In this document: positions 20,710 to 30,736 of the stretch, in pieces
How positions within the stretch are numbered: the first letter of the stretch is position 1
Layout: the number at the start of each line of letters is the position of its first letter
IMG/VR virus record: IMGVR_UViG_3300008255_000105
Length of the DNA stretch: 64,000 bases
Source of the DNA: a virus
Lineage: Duplodnaviria; Heunggongvirae; Uroviricota; Caudoviricetes
Reading direction: 5' to 3' (one strand)
Translations under genes and position numbers: made by a program
The notes under the pieces: model-generated
What the model saw: only the letters and a program-made list of their open reading frames with translations
Database searches by the model: none
What the model was told of the DNA's origin: nothing

Positions 20710-21840
20710 TCAGAGTCGGATTCCCCACTCTTCAATCGGAACGATCCTATCGCCGTCAAACATCTTCACAAATTTCATTCCAGCATCAGCAAATTTCTTG
20801 TAAGAAACTTCAGAAATTGCATCAAATGGGACACCTTCAAATCCAACCGAAGGATTCGGTGGAATGTCGGGAACAGGAGAAGTTCCGTCACGAACGATCA
20901 GGACCTTCTGTGCCAGCGACGGATCCAATCCCATAATTCTTTCCAACAAATGATCAATGCAACATTTCACACAATGCGTTTTTGCTTCACCCTTGATGAT
21001 CAAATAATCAACAGCAAGCAATTGGTTGATGAAGGTATCATCGTCTTCACCAACTTTGTATCCACCAAATGTTTCCGTAACTTCTGGACCCAATGGAGAA
21101 AAATGTTCCGTGTTGGGCCAAGTGCCCTTGATTGAAAAATCGAATTGAGATTTTCTTGCAACTGTGTGGAAAAATGCAAGTTCATACAAGGCCGGGATAA
21201 GCGCATGGCTCGGCTCACCAATCCCGCCGTGGTAGGTCCAAACTGTATGAAGGTATTTCCCCGTGTCCTCAAGTTCTTTGGTGTAGAAAAGAGAATGTTT
21301 GACCATCATTGCATAATTACCCTTCCCGTCATCGGTCGGGAAAACATAATGTGCAATATCGGGATTCGGCATCCAAATTCTATTCTTGATATCTTCGTTT
21401 TTGATCACCGTAAATGGACCTGGGAAGTTGCCATTCCGGTCAACCCAATAGATCGGGTGAAAAATTTGCATCGGGTAGTGCGAATCAAGAGTAATGAAAA
21501 ATCTAGAAATATGATCTAAATTAGCATAGGACCAACGACAGGTTCTCTCAACATCTCCAAGAGCACCTGGGACAACCAATTCATATCCGGGGATACAGAA
21601 AGTGATCTGAAAATCGACCCAAAGGACGCCAATTTTTACTTTATCGTTGAGATGATGTTCAACATTATTTGTTTTTGCCCAATCAACAGCGTCTTGTGCT
21701 CGTTGTTCCTTGGGGGTTGGCCAAACTTCTCCGAGCCGGGGCATGGTGTCCCGCTCGAAGAAAGTTGGCAAGGGTAGCAGTCTCGCATCTGGCATGGTCA
21801 AGGCTCCTTGTTGACTGGTTAGTCGCCGAGATTCTCGCAC
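20710..21840 (-). CDS. pncA: nicotinamidase / isochorismatase-family protein with insertions
   Basis: IGVLWVDFQITFCIPGYELVVPGA vs E. coli PncA LLLVDLQNDFCAGGALAVPEG; DSHYP vs DWHP; catalytic Cys context KTHCVKCC vs ATDYCVKFT. Confidence 0.65.
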   Translation of the reverse strand: MRESRRLTSQQGALTMPDARLLPLPTFFERDTMPRLGEVWPTPKEQRAQDAVDWAKTNNVEHHLNDKVKIGVLWVDFQITFCIPGYELVVPGALGDVERTCRWSYANLDHISRFFITLDSHYPMQIFHPIYWVDRNGNFPGPFTVIKNEDIKNRIWMPNPDIAHYVFPTDDGKGNYAMMVKHSLFYTKELEDTGKYLHTVWTYHGGIGEPSHALIPALYELAFFHTVARKSQFDFSIKGTWPNTEHFSPLGPEVTETFGGYKVGEDDDTFINQLLAVDYLIIKGEAKTHCVKCCIDHLLERIMGLDPSLAQKVLIVRDGTSPVPDIPPNPSVGFEGVPFDAISEVSYKKFADAGMKFVKMFDGDRIVPIEEWGIRL

Positions 21841-21841
21841 G

Positions 21842-23743
21842 TCACACAGAGAATGTCAAGCGGCGCAGACTCTTTCCTGCGAACGAGAACACAGTCCCGT
21901 CGCTAGAGACCCAAACAACATCTCCATCTGAAATAAATTTTGAGGTATCAGGGAATTCTCGTGTCAAAGCAAACTCTCCACGATCTACTTCAAATCTTTT
22001 CAATCCTTCATCCGTAGCAACAAACAAATATCTACTGATGGCTGATTTACTTCCCATAGATTTCATTAATTCTTTATTCTTTTCTTCGTCGTCTGAAAAT
22101 GCTAAAATATCTCCAGCAGAATTAACAACCAAACATTTGTTTTTAAGCTTCGGGCCATCTTTATGTGAGATGAAAATCCAAGCATAATCTTTTGAGAAAC
22201 AGACATTCATATCAATCAATTGTCCAGTGATTCTCGGGAAATCATTAATTATACTTTTGCCTTGACCTTCAACGGGAAAGGTAAAAGCAGAATAAAACGC
22301 TCCAACTCTAAACCAACCAAAACCGAAATTTTCACCAACCCAAATCTTTGTTCTTCTCTGAAGAGCAGAACATATTTTTTTACTAGAAATCCCATCCCCA
22401 TTCTTATAAACATTCCCGTTTTCCAACCAAAAATAAGCATTTGAATTTGCATCAATCATGGGGATGTTATCAACAACATCTAATTGTCCTTTATAACAAA
22501 CCTCTCCATTTTTGATAACTGAAAACTGGCTATTTTCCGCAAAAACTGTTAATTTACCACAAACCCTAATTCTTGATTTTGATGATTTCGGAAGATATTC
22601 GGTTGAGATAACTTCTCCATTTTCACGCAAAATAATCCTATCTTCTAATCTCACCAAAAGCATTTTGTTATTTTGTAACTGTGCAAATAAAATTCTTTTT
22701 GTTCTTTCCATTGGAGAAGATAGAACAATCTCACTTTTGACATTCCCCATAATTTGAATCGTTTGAGTCACAACCCCCCCAGCCCCACCACAAGAGGGAC
22801 ATGAGTTTCTCATGTGGACAGATCCACAAGTTGAACAAGTTGTAAATCTTAATGATTCTAATAGCCTTTTTGGAATAGGTTCTCTTCTATCTTGAACAAA
22901 ACAATTATAGAAAATCTGTAAAAGATCATCATTGATGTATCCAAATGGCATTGCATTTTTGGGGAATCCAACTTGTTTTTCATCGAAGACGGTTATCCTA
23001 TTCCTTCTTCGATAAACCCAAGTTTCATCTCTTGTCATTTTACTCGGGGGTGTAAACTTGCCACCATAAGGGCCTTCAAAAGTTAGACCAGTGAAAAGAA
23101 GACAGAGATATCCATACCAGTCAGATTGAACACTATGTCTATTTGAGAATTTTATTTCATTAGCATCTAAATCACAATTTAATGGATCAACATAATCAAC
23201 AGAAAAAACACGGCAAGGCCAAGAATCATATTGCATACTATCTGCGTCAATAAAATATGGAGTCAAATCTGCATTAGAAACCATTAAGTTAAATTCACTC
23301 ACATCTCCAACAACAACCTTTTGTGAGTGAATTTCTTGCATCGTGTTAGCAAAACCAAGAAAAATATTCAAGATATCATTTATATCTTTTGACCCTCTAA
23401 ATTTTTTATTAAACCATCTTGAAAGCAGAACATGATCTGACAAAAGTTGCATGGTGTAACCAATAACCATTTTGTTATTCAGAATCAAATCAGTTGGGCT
23501 TACAACATTAGATGGTAAATTTCTTGGAAATGCTGGCAGTTTTGATTGATATTCGTCAATTCTATCTTTGACTGCTTTTTGTCTCCAAGGTTCTGTGAAA
23601 TCTGGGTGATTCGGTGGTTTATAAATCTTAAAAAGGATATTCCCCAATTTGTAAATAGTTGCTTCGCCACCCTCTGAAAAGTAGTTGTTTACATCATCAA
23701 TTTTCTCTGTCCGACCGTTAACCTGGATGTTGAAGTTACCCAT
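21842..23743 (-). CDS. Ser/Thr protein kinase-like protein with Zn-ribbon and C-terminal beta-repeat region
   Basis: GGEATIYKL (Gly loop), FKIYK (Lys), HSQKVVVGDVSEFN (catalytic-loop-like), IDADS; CSTCG...CPSCGG. Confidence 0.6.
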   Translation of the reverse strand: MGNFNIQVNGRTEKIDDVNNYFSEGGEATIYKLGNILFKIYKPPNHPDFTEPWRQKAVKDRIDEYQSKLPAFPRNLPSNVVSPTDLILNNKMVIGYTMQLLSDHVLLSRWFNKKFRGSKDINDILNIFLGFANTMQEIHSQKVVVGDVSEFNLMVSNADLTPYFIDADSMQYDSWPCRVFSVDYVDPLNCDLDANEIKFSNRHSVQSDWYGYLCLLFTGLTFEGPYGGKFTPPSKMTRDETWVYRRRNRITVFDEKQVGFPKNAMPFGYINDDLLQIFYNCFVQDRREPIPKRLLESLRFTTCSTCGSVHMRNSCPSCGGAGGVVTQTIQIMGNVKSEIVLSSPMERTKRILFAQLQNNKMLLVRLEDRIILRENGEVISTEYLPKSSKSRIRVCGKLTVFAENSQFSVIKNGEVCYKGQLDVVDNIPMIDANSNAYFWLENGNVYKNGDGISSKKICSALQRRTKIWVGENFGFGWFRVGAFYSAFTFPVEGQGKSIINDFPRITGQLIDMNVCFSKDYAWIFISHKDGPKLKNKCLVVNSAGDILAFSDDEEKNKELMKSMGSKSAISRYLFVATDEGLKRFEVDRGEFALTREFPDTSKFISDGDVVWVSSDGTVFSFAGKSLRRLTFSV

Positions 23744-24659
23744 TCTTCCTTCTCCTGATTGCGATCAATGAGGTATCATCAATCAGGAGTGAATTCTCTG
23801 TCCGAACTTTTCTATTGTCCCAATCAACAACAGTCCTATTGGCTTGCATCATGCCAAATAAACGTTGCAAAGTTTGCGGGTTTCTGAAAAAAACATCAGT
23901 TGAAATTATTTCATCAATAGAAGGGACTACCTTGTCGGTTCTGCCAGGAAGAAGTTCCCCTTGAGCTTCTTCCAAGAACATGACCCCATCTGATCCTACA
24001 ACAAGACTTTCAACATCTTCTGTCGCAAGCTCTTCATGGAATGAAAATTCGAAACAAAGTGGTTGAGTTTCATGGAAACTTGAATATTTACTTGCAATAA
24101 TCTCTTCGTGTGTTTCTCTGAACCCTTCAATTGCACTATAGACAATATAAGGCGGGGCATTATTTTCAAATGGACCTATTTGAGTCCTTTGACCATTAAG
24201 ATAATAAACCCCATCACCAATTGAAAAAATAGTTGTTTTATCTTCTGTTACAACAAACCCAATCAATGTTGCAGCAAAAGTATCAATCATATCTTTAATA
24301 GTTTCTAATAAACAAAAATTCTTATTAGATTGATAGATTCCAAAACTTGTTCTTTTGATTAAAGAGACCAAAGATAAATGTAGACTACTATAAATAAATT
24401 CGTTTATAGTATCCCAATATCCAGTCCTGATTTGAGTCGCAATTGAATTAGCTAAATAATTAGCAAGGATACTTGATCCAATTTGGGCGTTATCGGTGCT
24501 CCCACACCCGTCTGAAACAACTCCAATAAGAAAAAGTTTATGATGATTAAGAGCAATGGAATCTTGATTCGGCAATCCTTTCAAGCCTATTTCATTGCCT
24601 AAGTGTTCTCTACCAATGATTGAAGCACTGGTAGTTTCGAACCTCTCCATCAGATCCAT
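23736..24659 (-). CDS. PP2C-family Ser/Thr phosphatase
   Basis: VVSDGCGS and VVGSDGV metal-binding motifs; overlaps the kinase gene by 8 nt. Confidence 0.75.
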   Translation of the reverse strand: MDLMERFETTSASIIGREHLGNEIGLKGLPNQDSIALNHHKLFLIGVVSDGCGSTDNAQIGSSILANYLANSIATQIRTGYWDTINEFIYSSLHLSLVSLIKRTSFGIYQSNKNFCLLETIKDMIDTFAATLIGFVVTEDKTTIFSIGDGVYYLNGQRTQIGPFENNAPPYIVYSAIEGFRETHEEIIASKYSSFHETQPLCFEFSFHEELATEDVESLVVGSDGVMFLEEAQGELLPGRTDKVVPSIDEIISTDVFFRNPQTLQRLFGMMQANRTVVDWDNRKVRTENSLLIDDTSLIAIRRRKNG

Positions 24660-24678
24660 TTACTGCTCCATCCTTCGG

Positions 24679-25272
24679 TCAGGTGGTTGAATTTCGGCAA
24701 TTAAAGCACAAACTATCTAGGTTATCTAATGGGTATGGGGAAAGAGATTTACATTTTTTGCAAACACAAAGTTCTTTTAATTCTTCAATAGCATCTTGCA
24801 TTAATCCTAAATTTAATTCATAAGCATCAAACAAAAGATCTTGACCAGAAACAGATTTAATTAATGGGAGATTATTCAGTGCCAAGTAGAACAGAAATTT
24901 ATCAATCATTCCTATTTCCTCGACGGTTAATGTCCAGTCTTCTTTTCTTTTAGAGACATAATCAATCAAATCAGAGTCAAACGAATATTCGGAGATACTC
25001 GTCCTCAATTTAGCTTTTTGAATTTTGTCCCAAGCTTTTTGTTTTATAAGAACTAGAAGTCTTTTATCACATTCAATATCTTTAATTCCACCACAATCAT
25101 CATAGATACCAATGAAAATTTGTGAAAAAACATTTACTGATTGAAAAGGTCCTGAATATTGTTCCATATAATTAGATAAAAATTGTTTTTCATTAGCTAA
25201 TAAACCAACTACTTTTTCATCTTCTATAATTGGAATTCTAGTTGCAGCGCACAAAGAATTGTAATATCCCAT
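24679..25272 (-). CDS. hypothetical protein with C-terminal CxxC...CxxC (197 aa)
   Basis: ORF in operon. Confidence 0.45.
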   Translation of the reverse strand: MGYYNSLCAATRIPIIEDEKVVGLLANEKQFLSNYMEQYSGPFQSVNVFSQIFIGIYDDCGGIKDIECDKRLLVLIKQKAWDKIQKAKLRTSISEYSFDSDLIDYVSKRKEDWTLTVEEIGMIDKFLFYLALNNLPLIKSVSGQDLLFDAYELNLGLMQDAIEELKELCVCKKCKSLSPYPLDNLDSLCFNCRNSTT

Positions 25273-25718
25273 TAGGGAGCCCCTTCTTTTGTTTTAGTTG
25301 TTATTTCTACATATTCTTTATCTTCAATCATTTCCTTAATCATAGCAATAATATCAGATTCTGAAACAAAATCACCAATTTCCCTATCAACGCCCTTTAT
25401 TGCTGATTTTCTGCTGACATTATTTAAAGAGGTGCTATTTTTTTGAACACCAACCACCCAAGCACCACTATCTATATCATCAAGTAATTCACAAAAAACT
25501 TTTGCTTTAAAATCATTGGTCTTCGATGAATTATTAGAATTAAAATTAACAAAAACAATATCAATTTTTTCTAGCAAAGTTTTTAAAGAATTTTTCCCAT
25601 CAGATAGATCTGGAAGTTTTAAACTTATAATATAAAACATATTTATCAATTTTACAGCCCAAGCAGATGATCTTTCTTCACTAAAACCAACCAATAGAGC
25701 ATTATTCTTGTCATCCAT
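25272..25718 (-). CDS. hypothetical receiver/STAS-like small protein (148 aa)
   Basis: ALLVGF...; paralogous to the next gene; overlapping ends. Confidence 0.4.
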   Translation of the reverse strand: MDDKNNALLVGFSEERSSAWAVKLINMFYIISLKLPDLSDGKNSLKTLLEKIDIVFVNFNSNNSSKTNDFKAKVFCELLDDIDSGAWVVGVQKNSTSLNNVSRKSAIKGVDREIGDFVSESDIIAMIKEMIEDKEYVEITTKTKEGAP

Positions 25719-26262
25719 CTTTTTTATCTTCCGTTTCTTCGGTTGCTTCCGTTTCTTTGACTTCTTCCGTTTCTTCGGTTGCTTCGGCTTCTTCAGCGCT
25801 GGTAATAGCTTCTAGAATGTTTTGGATAATTATTTTTGATGCTGCAAATTTGTAAAGTTTTACTCCACCAGCTTCTTCTATTTTGACTCTTATTGGTTCA
25901 CTAATTATTTGTGTTAAACCAAAAACAACAAGACTTGGGAAATTCTGGACTAATGATTTTATAACAGTCAGATTTTTTGAAGCAACGCTTTCCACAGGGA
26001 CAATGATTGAACAGTAATCTTTATCTTGAATTAACTTCGCTAAACTTTTTCCACCATTTTCTAAATCTTTTTTGACAATTGAGTTCACCTCAAAAGCATC
26101 TAATAGTTTTTCAACAAAACTATTTACGAAGTTATCGGGGGCGAGACCAACGATCAAGATGCTCTGCTTCTCGGATGACATATTCGTTCTACCTTTCGGT
26201 GGTTTTTGTGATTCGATCAAATTGTTCTTTGAGAGCAGGAAATTCTTGCATCCTTTGTTCAA
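25711..26262 (-). CDS. hypothetical receiver/STAS-like protein with acidic tail (start possibly at M28, 26181)
   Basis: SILIVGLAPD...; C-terminal EETEE repeats. Confidence 0.4.
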   Translation of the reverse strand: MNKGCKNFLLSKNNLIESQKPPKGRTNMSSEKQSILIVGLAPDNFVNSFVEKLLDAFEVNSIVKKDLENGGKSLAKLIQDKDYCSIIVPVESVASKNLTVIKSLVQNFPSLVVFGLTQIISEPIRVKIEEAGGVKLYKFAASKIIIQNILEAITSAEEAEATEETEEVKETEATEETEDKKDG

Positions 26263-26528
26263 GATATGCCTTCGTCTCTTCTATCCCTTTTGTGGCCATC
26301 ATAAAAACTAAAAACTGGATATCTGAAAGTTTTTTTTCAAGTAATTCAATTTCTTTTTTAATCCTCGCTCTTTCATAGCCTTCTCGATCATCTCTTAAAA
26401 CTTTCGAAACAATAGCATTAACTATACTTGAAAATAATACTACACCGAATTCTTTCCACTCTCCAAAACCTTGTTTCCTTGTTCTCATGCTCTTCCCTTC
26501 TCCAAACATTCTACCACATCCGATCAAA

Positions 26529-27473
26529 TCAGCCGGTGGGTGGAACAAAATCTTCCCTTAATCTCTCAGGTGTCACTAAGCAAGGATCTAAATAGTTGCC
26601 CTTTTTTGAATTACATAAGCAACACATTGTTTGAATGTTGACCGGATTATCATTCCCACCTTTTGACTTTGGAACAATATGATCATGAGTCATCAAATAA
26701 TTCTCACCATCATAAAGATTGAAGTGTGGTCTATTTTGATTGACAGGAAGTTCTAAAACAAATTTAACACCAACTCGCCCACATTCAGAACAAACAAGTG
26801 AATCTTTAAACGCCATCAAACGAACAGAATTTAATCTTGATTTATAAAAACAACCATCTATTTCTATTTCTAGATCATGCGTAGATCCAAGTAATGGAAC
26901 TATTTCATCAACTGAAAACTCTTTCAAATTAATCAAATTTGTGTTCCCAAGTTTTGTCCCAACATTCCCTTGGTTTTTCTTTTTTCTCTTCTTCTTTTTG
27001 CCCTGCCGTTCCACAAAAGGTAGGGTTTTGCTTATTCTAGAAGAACTTATGGAATTCATTACTTTAATAAACTCAAAATATTCAAGATCTATTTTTGAAA
27101 ATAAATCTAATTTGGTTATATCCGCAAACATATTTATTTTCAAAATAGCAGGGACAAATCTTGTGTCAATTCTTTCTGTGTCGAAAGAATAACTTTCAAA
27201 ATCTTCTTCGTCCATTTCTAAATCAATAAGTGCATCAATTCTATCAAAAACATCTAAACAAAAAAACAACAATTTCTCTTCATCTTTTAATTCCACACCA
27301 CTAATTAATTCTATCAATCCCATAGAAAGAGAGGTTATCTTAGATAATGGAATTTGATCTTCTAATTCAAAAAAGTCAATTTCACCTAACCCTAAAATGA
27401 CACAGATAGCTTTTTCACCTGGAAAAATAGGCATTTTAGAGATTGCACAGACCGGATGTTTTAATTCAGACAT
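26529..27473 (-). CDS. HNH endonuclease-domain protein (314 aa)
   Basis: C-terminal THDHIVPKSKGG...NIQTMCCLCNSKKG (HNH motif). Confidence 0.65.
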   Translation of the reverse strand: MSELKHPVCAISKMPIFPGEKAICVILGLGEIDFFELEDQIPLSKITSLSMGLIELISGVELKDEEKLLFFCLDVFDRIDALIDLEMDEEDFESYSFDTERIDTRFVPAILKINMFADITKLDLFSKIDLEYFEFIKVMNSISSSRISKTLPFVERQGKKKKRKKKNQGNVGTKLGNTNLINLKEFSVDEIVPLLGSTHDLEIEIDGCFYKSRLNSVRLMAFKDSLVCSECGRVGVKFVLELPVNQNRPHFNLYDGENYLMTHDHIVPKSKGGNDNPVNIQTMCCLCNSKKGNYLDPCLVTPERLREDFVPPTG

Positions 27474-27766
27474 CGAAGCTATCGCCTTTCCTTCCCCAAA
27501 TTATCTATTTGATTTAATTTTTGCAATTTTTTCTATTTCTTTTAGTCTTTCTTGTGTATCAATATCTTCATCTAACAAAATCGCAGATAAAAGATCAATA
27601 ATTTTTATTTCATTATTCTTAAGTTCTTCAAAATCTAGATTCAATTTAGAGAATTCTTTGGAAAGTTCTGAAAACTTCTTTTCTTTATTTTGTTTAGATA
27701 GTTCAAACAAATTATCAATTATATAAAACAACACCCCTCCGACAATAATAATAATGATTAGGTCGT

Positions 27767-28204
27767 TCATTTTTTATCTCCGAAGATTAAGCTTGAAGAA
27801 CTTGAAAAAACTAAATCATCCTTAAAAAGAGGATTTTCGGTTTTTTTGAAAGGACAGGGGATCTGATCATAAAATTGATTGATATTTCTTCCGAATATTG
27901 AATAGCCTTCTTTTTGTTTAATGACTTGAATTCTCTTGGTAGAAAGGCCACGAGTATTCCTTGAATAAGTTGGTGCATTAAGATTAATAATCAAGATATC
28001 TTTGTTCTTAGGGCGCCAAATATCATATACAGAAAGCCATCTTAAATCATTTTCTTGCAAATCTTTCACAAGAATTATTTTTGGCTCTTCTTTTTCTTTA
28101 TAAACTATCTTTTCTTTTTGGGGTGGAATAACAAATGGTTTTACTGCAAATATAAACAAAGCCATTGATAGGATAAAATAGATCAACTTCGGTCTGTTTT
28201 TCAT
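27767..28204 (-). CDS. hypothetical secreted/membrane-anchored protein (145 aa)
   Basis: N-terminal hydrophobic segment. Confidence 0.4.
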   Translation of the reverse strand: MKNRPKLIYFILSMALFIFAVKPFVIPPQKEKIVYKEKEEPKIILVKDLQENDLRWLSVYDIWRPKNKDILIINLNAPTYSRNTRGLSTKRIQVIKQKEGYSIFGRNINQFYDQIPCPFKKTENPLFKDDLVFSSSSSLIFGDKK

Positions 28205-28825
28205 GGCTGTTCCCTTCCCAAAATGGGCGCATTGCCTACGATAACCGTTTCTTCTCCTGCTTGGACTTCAAATTCTTTTTGGGTTAAATCAAAACAGCCG
28301 CTTGCTAAACCAATTTTTATATCCTTTTGATGAAGTGGACAGGTTAAACAACCAAGTAATTTCAAATATTGAGTTGAGTTTGGGTTGATCACCATCCCAC
28401 TTGCCTGCCTTTCAGGATGAGTGCCCGACCAGTCCATACTTAATGCACACTTCGCCCACAATGTTTGATTTTAAAAAGGAGATCAAATCAGAATATTCTA
28501 ATTCCATCAATTCAATTTGCCTTTCCCTTTCAGAATCTGAAGGGATTTCAAAAAGCAATCCTTCTTGAAACATTTTCTCTTCATTCCACCAAAAACTTTC
28601 AACCTTAACCTTTGATGAATTAGTCATTAGAACAACACGGTTTGATTCGTTAAAAGTCCCACGATCACAAAGACGATCATAGAAATCTTCCGGGAAATTT
28701 TTGGTATCATATCCTAATTTAATCAAAGCTGTCGAAACACCATCACCAACAATTTCGATGTATGGCCCCATGTAGTGTCTGATTGAAAATGACATCTCCA
28801 GCCCCTCTGGCAGTCCAGCCGCCAC
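28201..28825 (-). pseudogene. two overlapping minus-strand ORFs in different frames (possible frameshifted gene)
   Basis: 28412-28825 and 28201-28461 overlap by 50 nt; 28201-28461 also overlaps the upstream stop. Confidence 0.25.
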
Positions 28826-28901
28826 ACCTTAGTATACCCCAACGGAGGCCATCCGAGTAAGCTTCGCCGTTGGGGCGCAAAAATATCAAAAAATTGATTA
28901 G

Positions 28902-29498
28902 TTATTTAGATTTAATCAAATAGCTAATTGCTTGTTCTATTGTTTCAAAAGTAGCCTCTGTCTCATAAAAAGATGTAACAAGAGCTACACCTTTTTTATA
29001 AATAAATAAAGTGCTATTTTCATCCAATATTGATACACAAGAAAGACTAAAAGAAAATGAAATTCTTAATACTTTTGCACTAATCATACTATGTTTTTTG
29101 TTGATGCCATGTTCATCACAATCATAATAATCAATTTCAAAGTTTTTTCTAATAAACGGAAGAATACAATTTAATTCTTCCATATATTCTTCTATTGGAG
29201 TATTTCCAAAAACCATTAAATAAAAATCACACTGTTCTTTTTCTTTATTAAAACAATTTTGATAAATATGCTTAAATTTAGCATCCATTGCAGCGGTATA
29301 AGCTGCAATTTCCCAGATGTTTGAATTTGTTTTATATTTATATGAGAACCAATCTAGAATTTCCTCTCGTGTCAGACTCATAATTCTTTCTAATTCATTT
29401 TCTTCTGTTGGATCCCTAATTTCAGTTAAAATATCACCTTTTTTTAATTTAAATGTCTCAACTTGTGCTTTTTCAGATGAAAAGAATGTTATATCCAT
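28902..29498 (-). CDS. hypothetical protein (198 aa)
   Basis: ORF. Confidence 0.45.
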   Translation of the reverse strand: MDITFFSSEKAQVETFKLKKGDILTEIRDPTEENELERIMSLTREEILDWFSYKYKTNSNIWEIAAYTAAMDAKFKHIYQNCFNKEKEQCDFYLMVFGNTPIEEYMEELNCILPFIRKNFEIDYYDCDEHGINKKHSMISAKVLRISFSFSLSCVSILDENSTLFIYKKGVALVTSFYETEATFETIEQAISYLIKSK

Positions 29499-29515
29499 AA
29501 GTTTTTTCTACTACA

Positions 29516-29941
29516 TCAATACAGACTTAGAACACCAGTTATTTCGTCGATGTCCTCTGATTTGTTTGGGCCAATTCCAACTGCTGTGTTAGTAGGAATC
29601 CCCTTGAATTCAGTTAAACCTGCATCTGTGATTAATTCACAGGTTAATCCTGCTTCTTTTGCTCTGTTGAAAATATATAAAAGTTCTTCTTCACTTCCAA
29701 CTTGCAGACAGACTTTTGTGAATTTCCCATTAATCCAAATAATTTCTTCTTCTGTTAATTCAATTGTTACTTGGTTTGATGAGGGTTTCAATTCTTTTCT
29801 GATTTTGTTTGTCAAAAAAGCTTGTGCGGCATGGCTACCTTGTGCAATTTCTTTCCCTCTTCGAACTTTTAAATCTTTCCTCATAATTATTACCTGCTTC
29901 ACATTCATCATCCCCACCTCCATTCTAGTGTGTTTAGCCAT
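29516..29941 (-). CDS. pth2: peptidyl-tRNA hydrolase, PTH2 family
   Basis: KQVIIMRKDLKVRRGKEIAQGSHAA matches the PTH2 core ([25 protein letters not shown]). Confidence 0.7.
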   Translation of the reverse strand: MAKHTRMEVGMMNVKQVIIMRKDLKVRRGKEIAQGSHAAQAFLTNKIRKELKPSSNQVTIELTEEEIIWINGKFTKVCLQVGSEEELLYIFNRAKEAGLTCELITDAGLTEFKGIPTNTAVGIGPNKSEDIDEITGVLSLY

Positions 29942-30024
29942 TGCTCAGAACCGTCTTCATAAACAAGAACTTGCCTTGTTCTTAATTTTTTAATTTTACC
30001 ATTATAAAAAACATATTTGTAATA

Positions 30025-30378
30025 TCATCCATTCTCCTTTTCTAATTGTTTTAACAATTCAATTAGTTCAATTGGGATTTCAATTCGGTATGAAATATCC
30101 CAAGCCATAATTCTAGAAAACCATTTGTCCTTTTTGGCTAATAAAATCAAACTGCTTCTATTTAATCTTTCATAAAAATCAGGATTTAAAGAAGAACTTT
30201 TGTTAATCCTCTCTCCCCATTCATAGTACCATTCTAAATCTTTTAATGGGCAATTCTTTTCAACACTTATCCCAGATCTAAGTCTTGTATCAATTTCTAA
30301 AACCTCTAAAGGATGTCTTTTAATTGCACGATTAATATCTATTTTTATCTTTCCATCTTCAAGTAGCATATTCATCAA
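30025..30378 (-). CDS. hypothetical protein (117 aa)
   Basis: ORF. Confidence 0.45.
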   Translation of the reverse strand: MMNMLLEDGKIKIDINRAIKRHPLEVLEIDTRLRSGISVEKNCPLKDLEWYYEWGERINKSSSLNPDFYERLNRSSLILLAKKDKWFSRIMAWDISYRIEIPIELIELLKQLEKENG

Positions 30379-30613
30379 GAATCTCCTCGTTGATTAACCT
30401 ATAATTCCTTTGAATGACTTGACAGCATTTCTTTAATCGTTTTTCACGCTGAAAGAGATTGGTGATAACAGCCTTATTCTCAAATTCTCTTGGCTCGTCT
30501 CCCCAAGAATTCCCAGCATATCCACCAGCAAAATATTTCCCTGTCTCAGTGTTCTTTATCACAAACACCGTTTTTGTCTCTGTTAGTTTGAATCCCATTG
30601 CTCCGACCTCCAT
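30359..30613 (-). CDS. hypothetical protein (start moved to M18 downstream of the promoter)
   Basis: the GTGGTATAAT promoter at 30636-30645 lies inside the listed ORF's N-terminus; the next ATG is at 30613. Confidence 0.4.
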   Translation of the reverse strand: MEVGAMGFKLTETKTVFVIKNTETGKYFAGGYAGNSWGDEPREFENKAVITNLFQREKRLKKCCQVIQRNYRLINEEILDEYAT

Positions 30614-30635
30614 CCTCTCGGGTTGAGAGCATCTC

Positions 30636-30645
30636 ATTATACCAC
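30636..30645 (-). promoter_or_regulatory. extended -10 promoter GTGGTATAAT
   Basis: motif copy 2. Confidence 0.4.
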
Positions 30646-30736
30646 AGAGACAAGGACGAAACACACCGGAAAGAAGGAACTTTTTAGAAGGATATTTAAG
30701 AAAGCTTGAGAATTAGGAATAATCAGGAGAATAAAA

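Noticed and set aside
26189-26548. 119-aa ORF overlapping the 3' end of the HNH gene and the start of 25711-26262
   Set aside because: It overlaps both neighbours substantially. It may be real, with the downstream gene starting at M28, but it cannot be supported from sequence.
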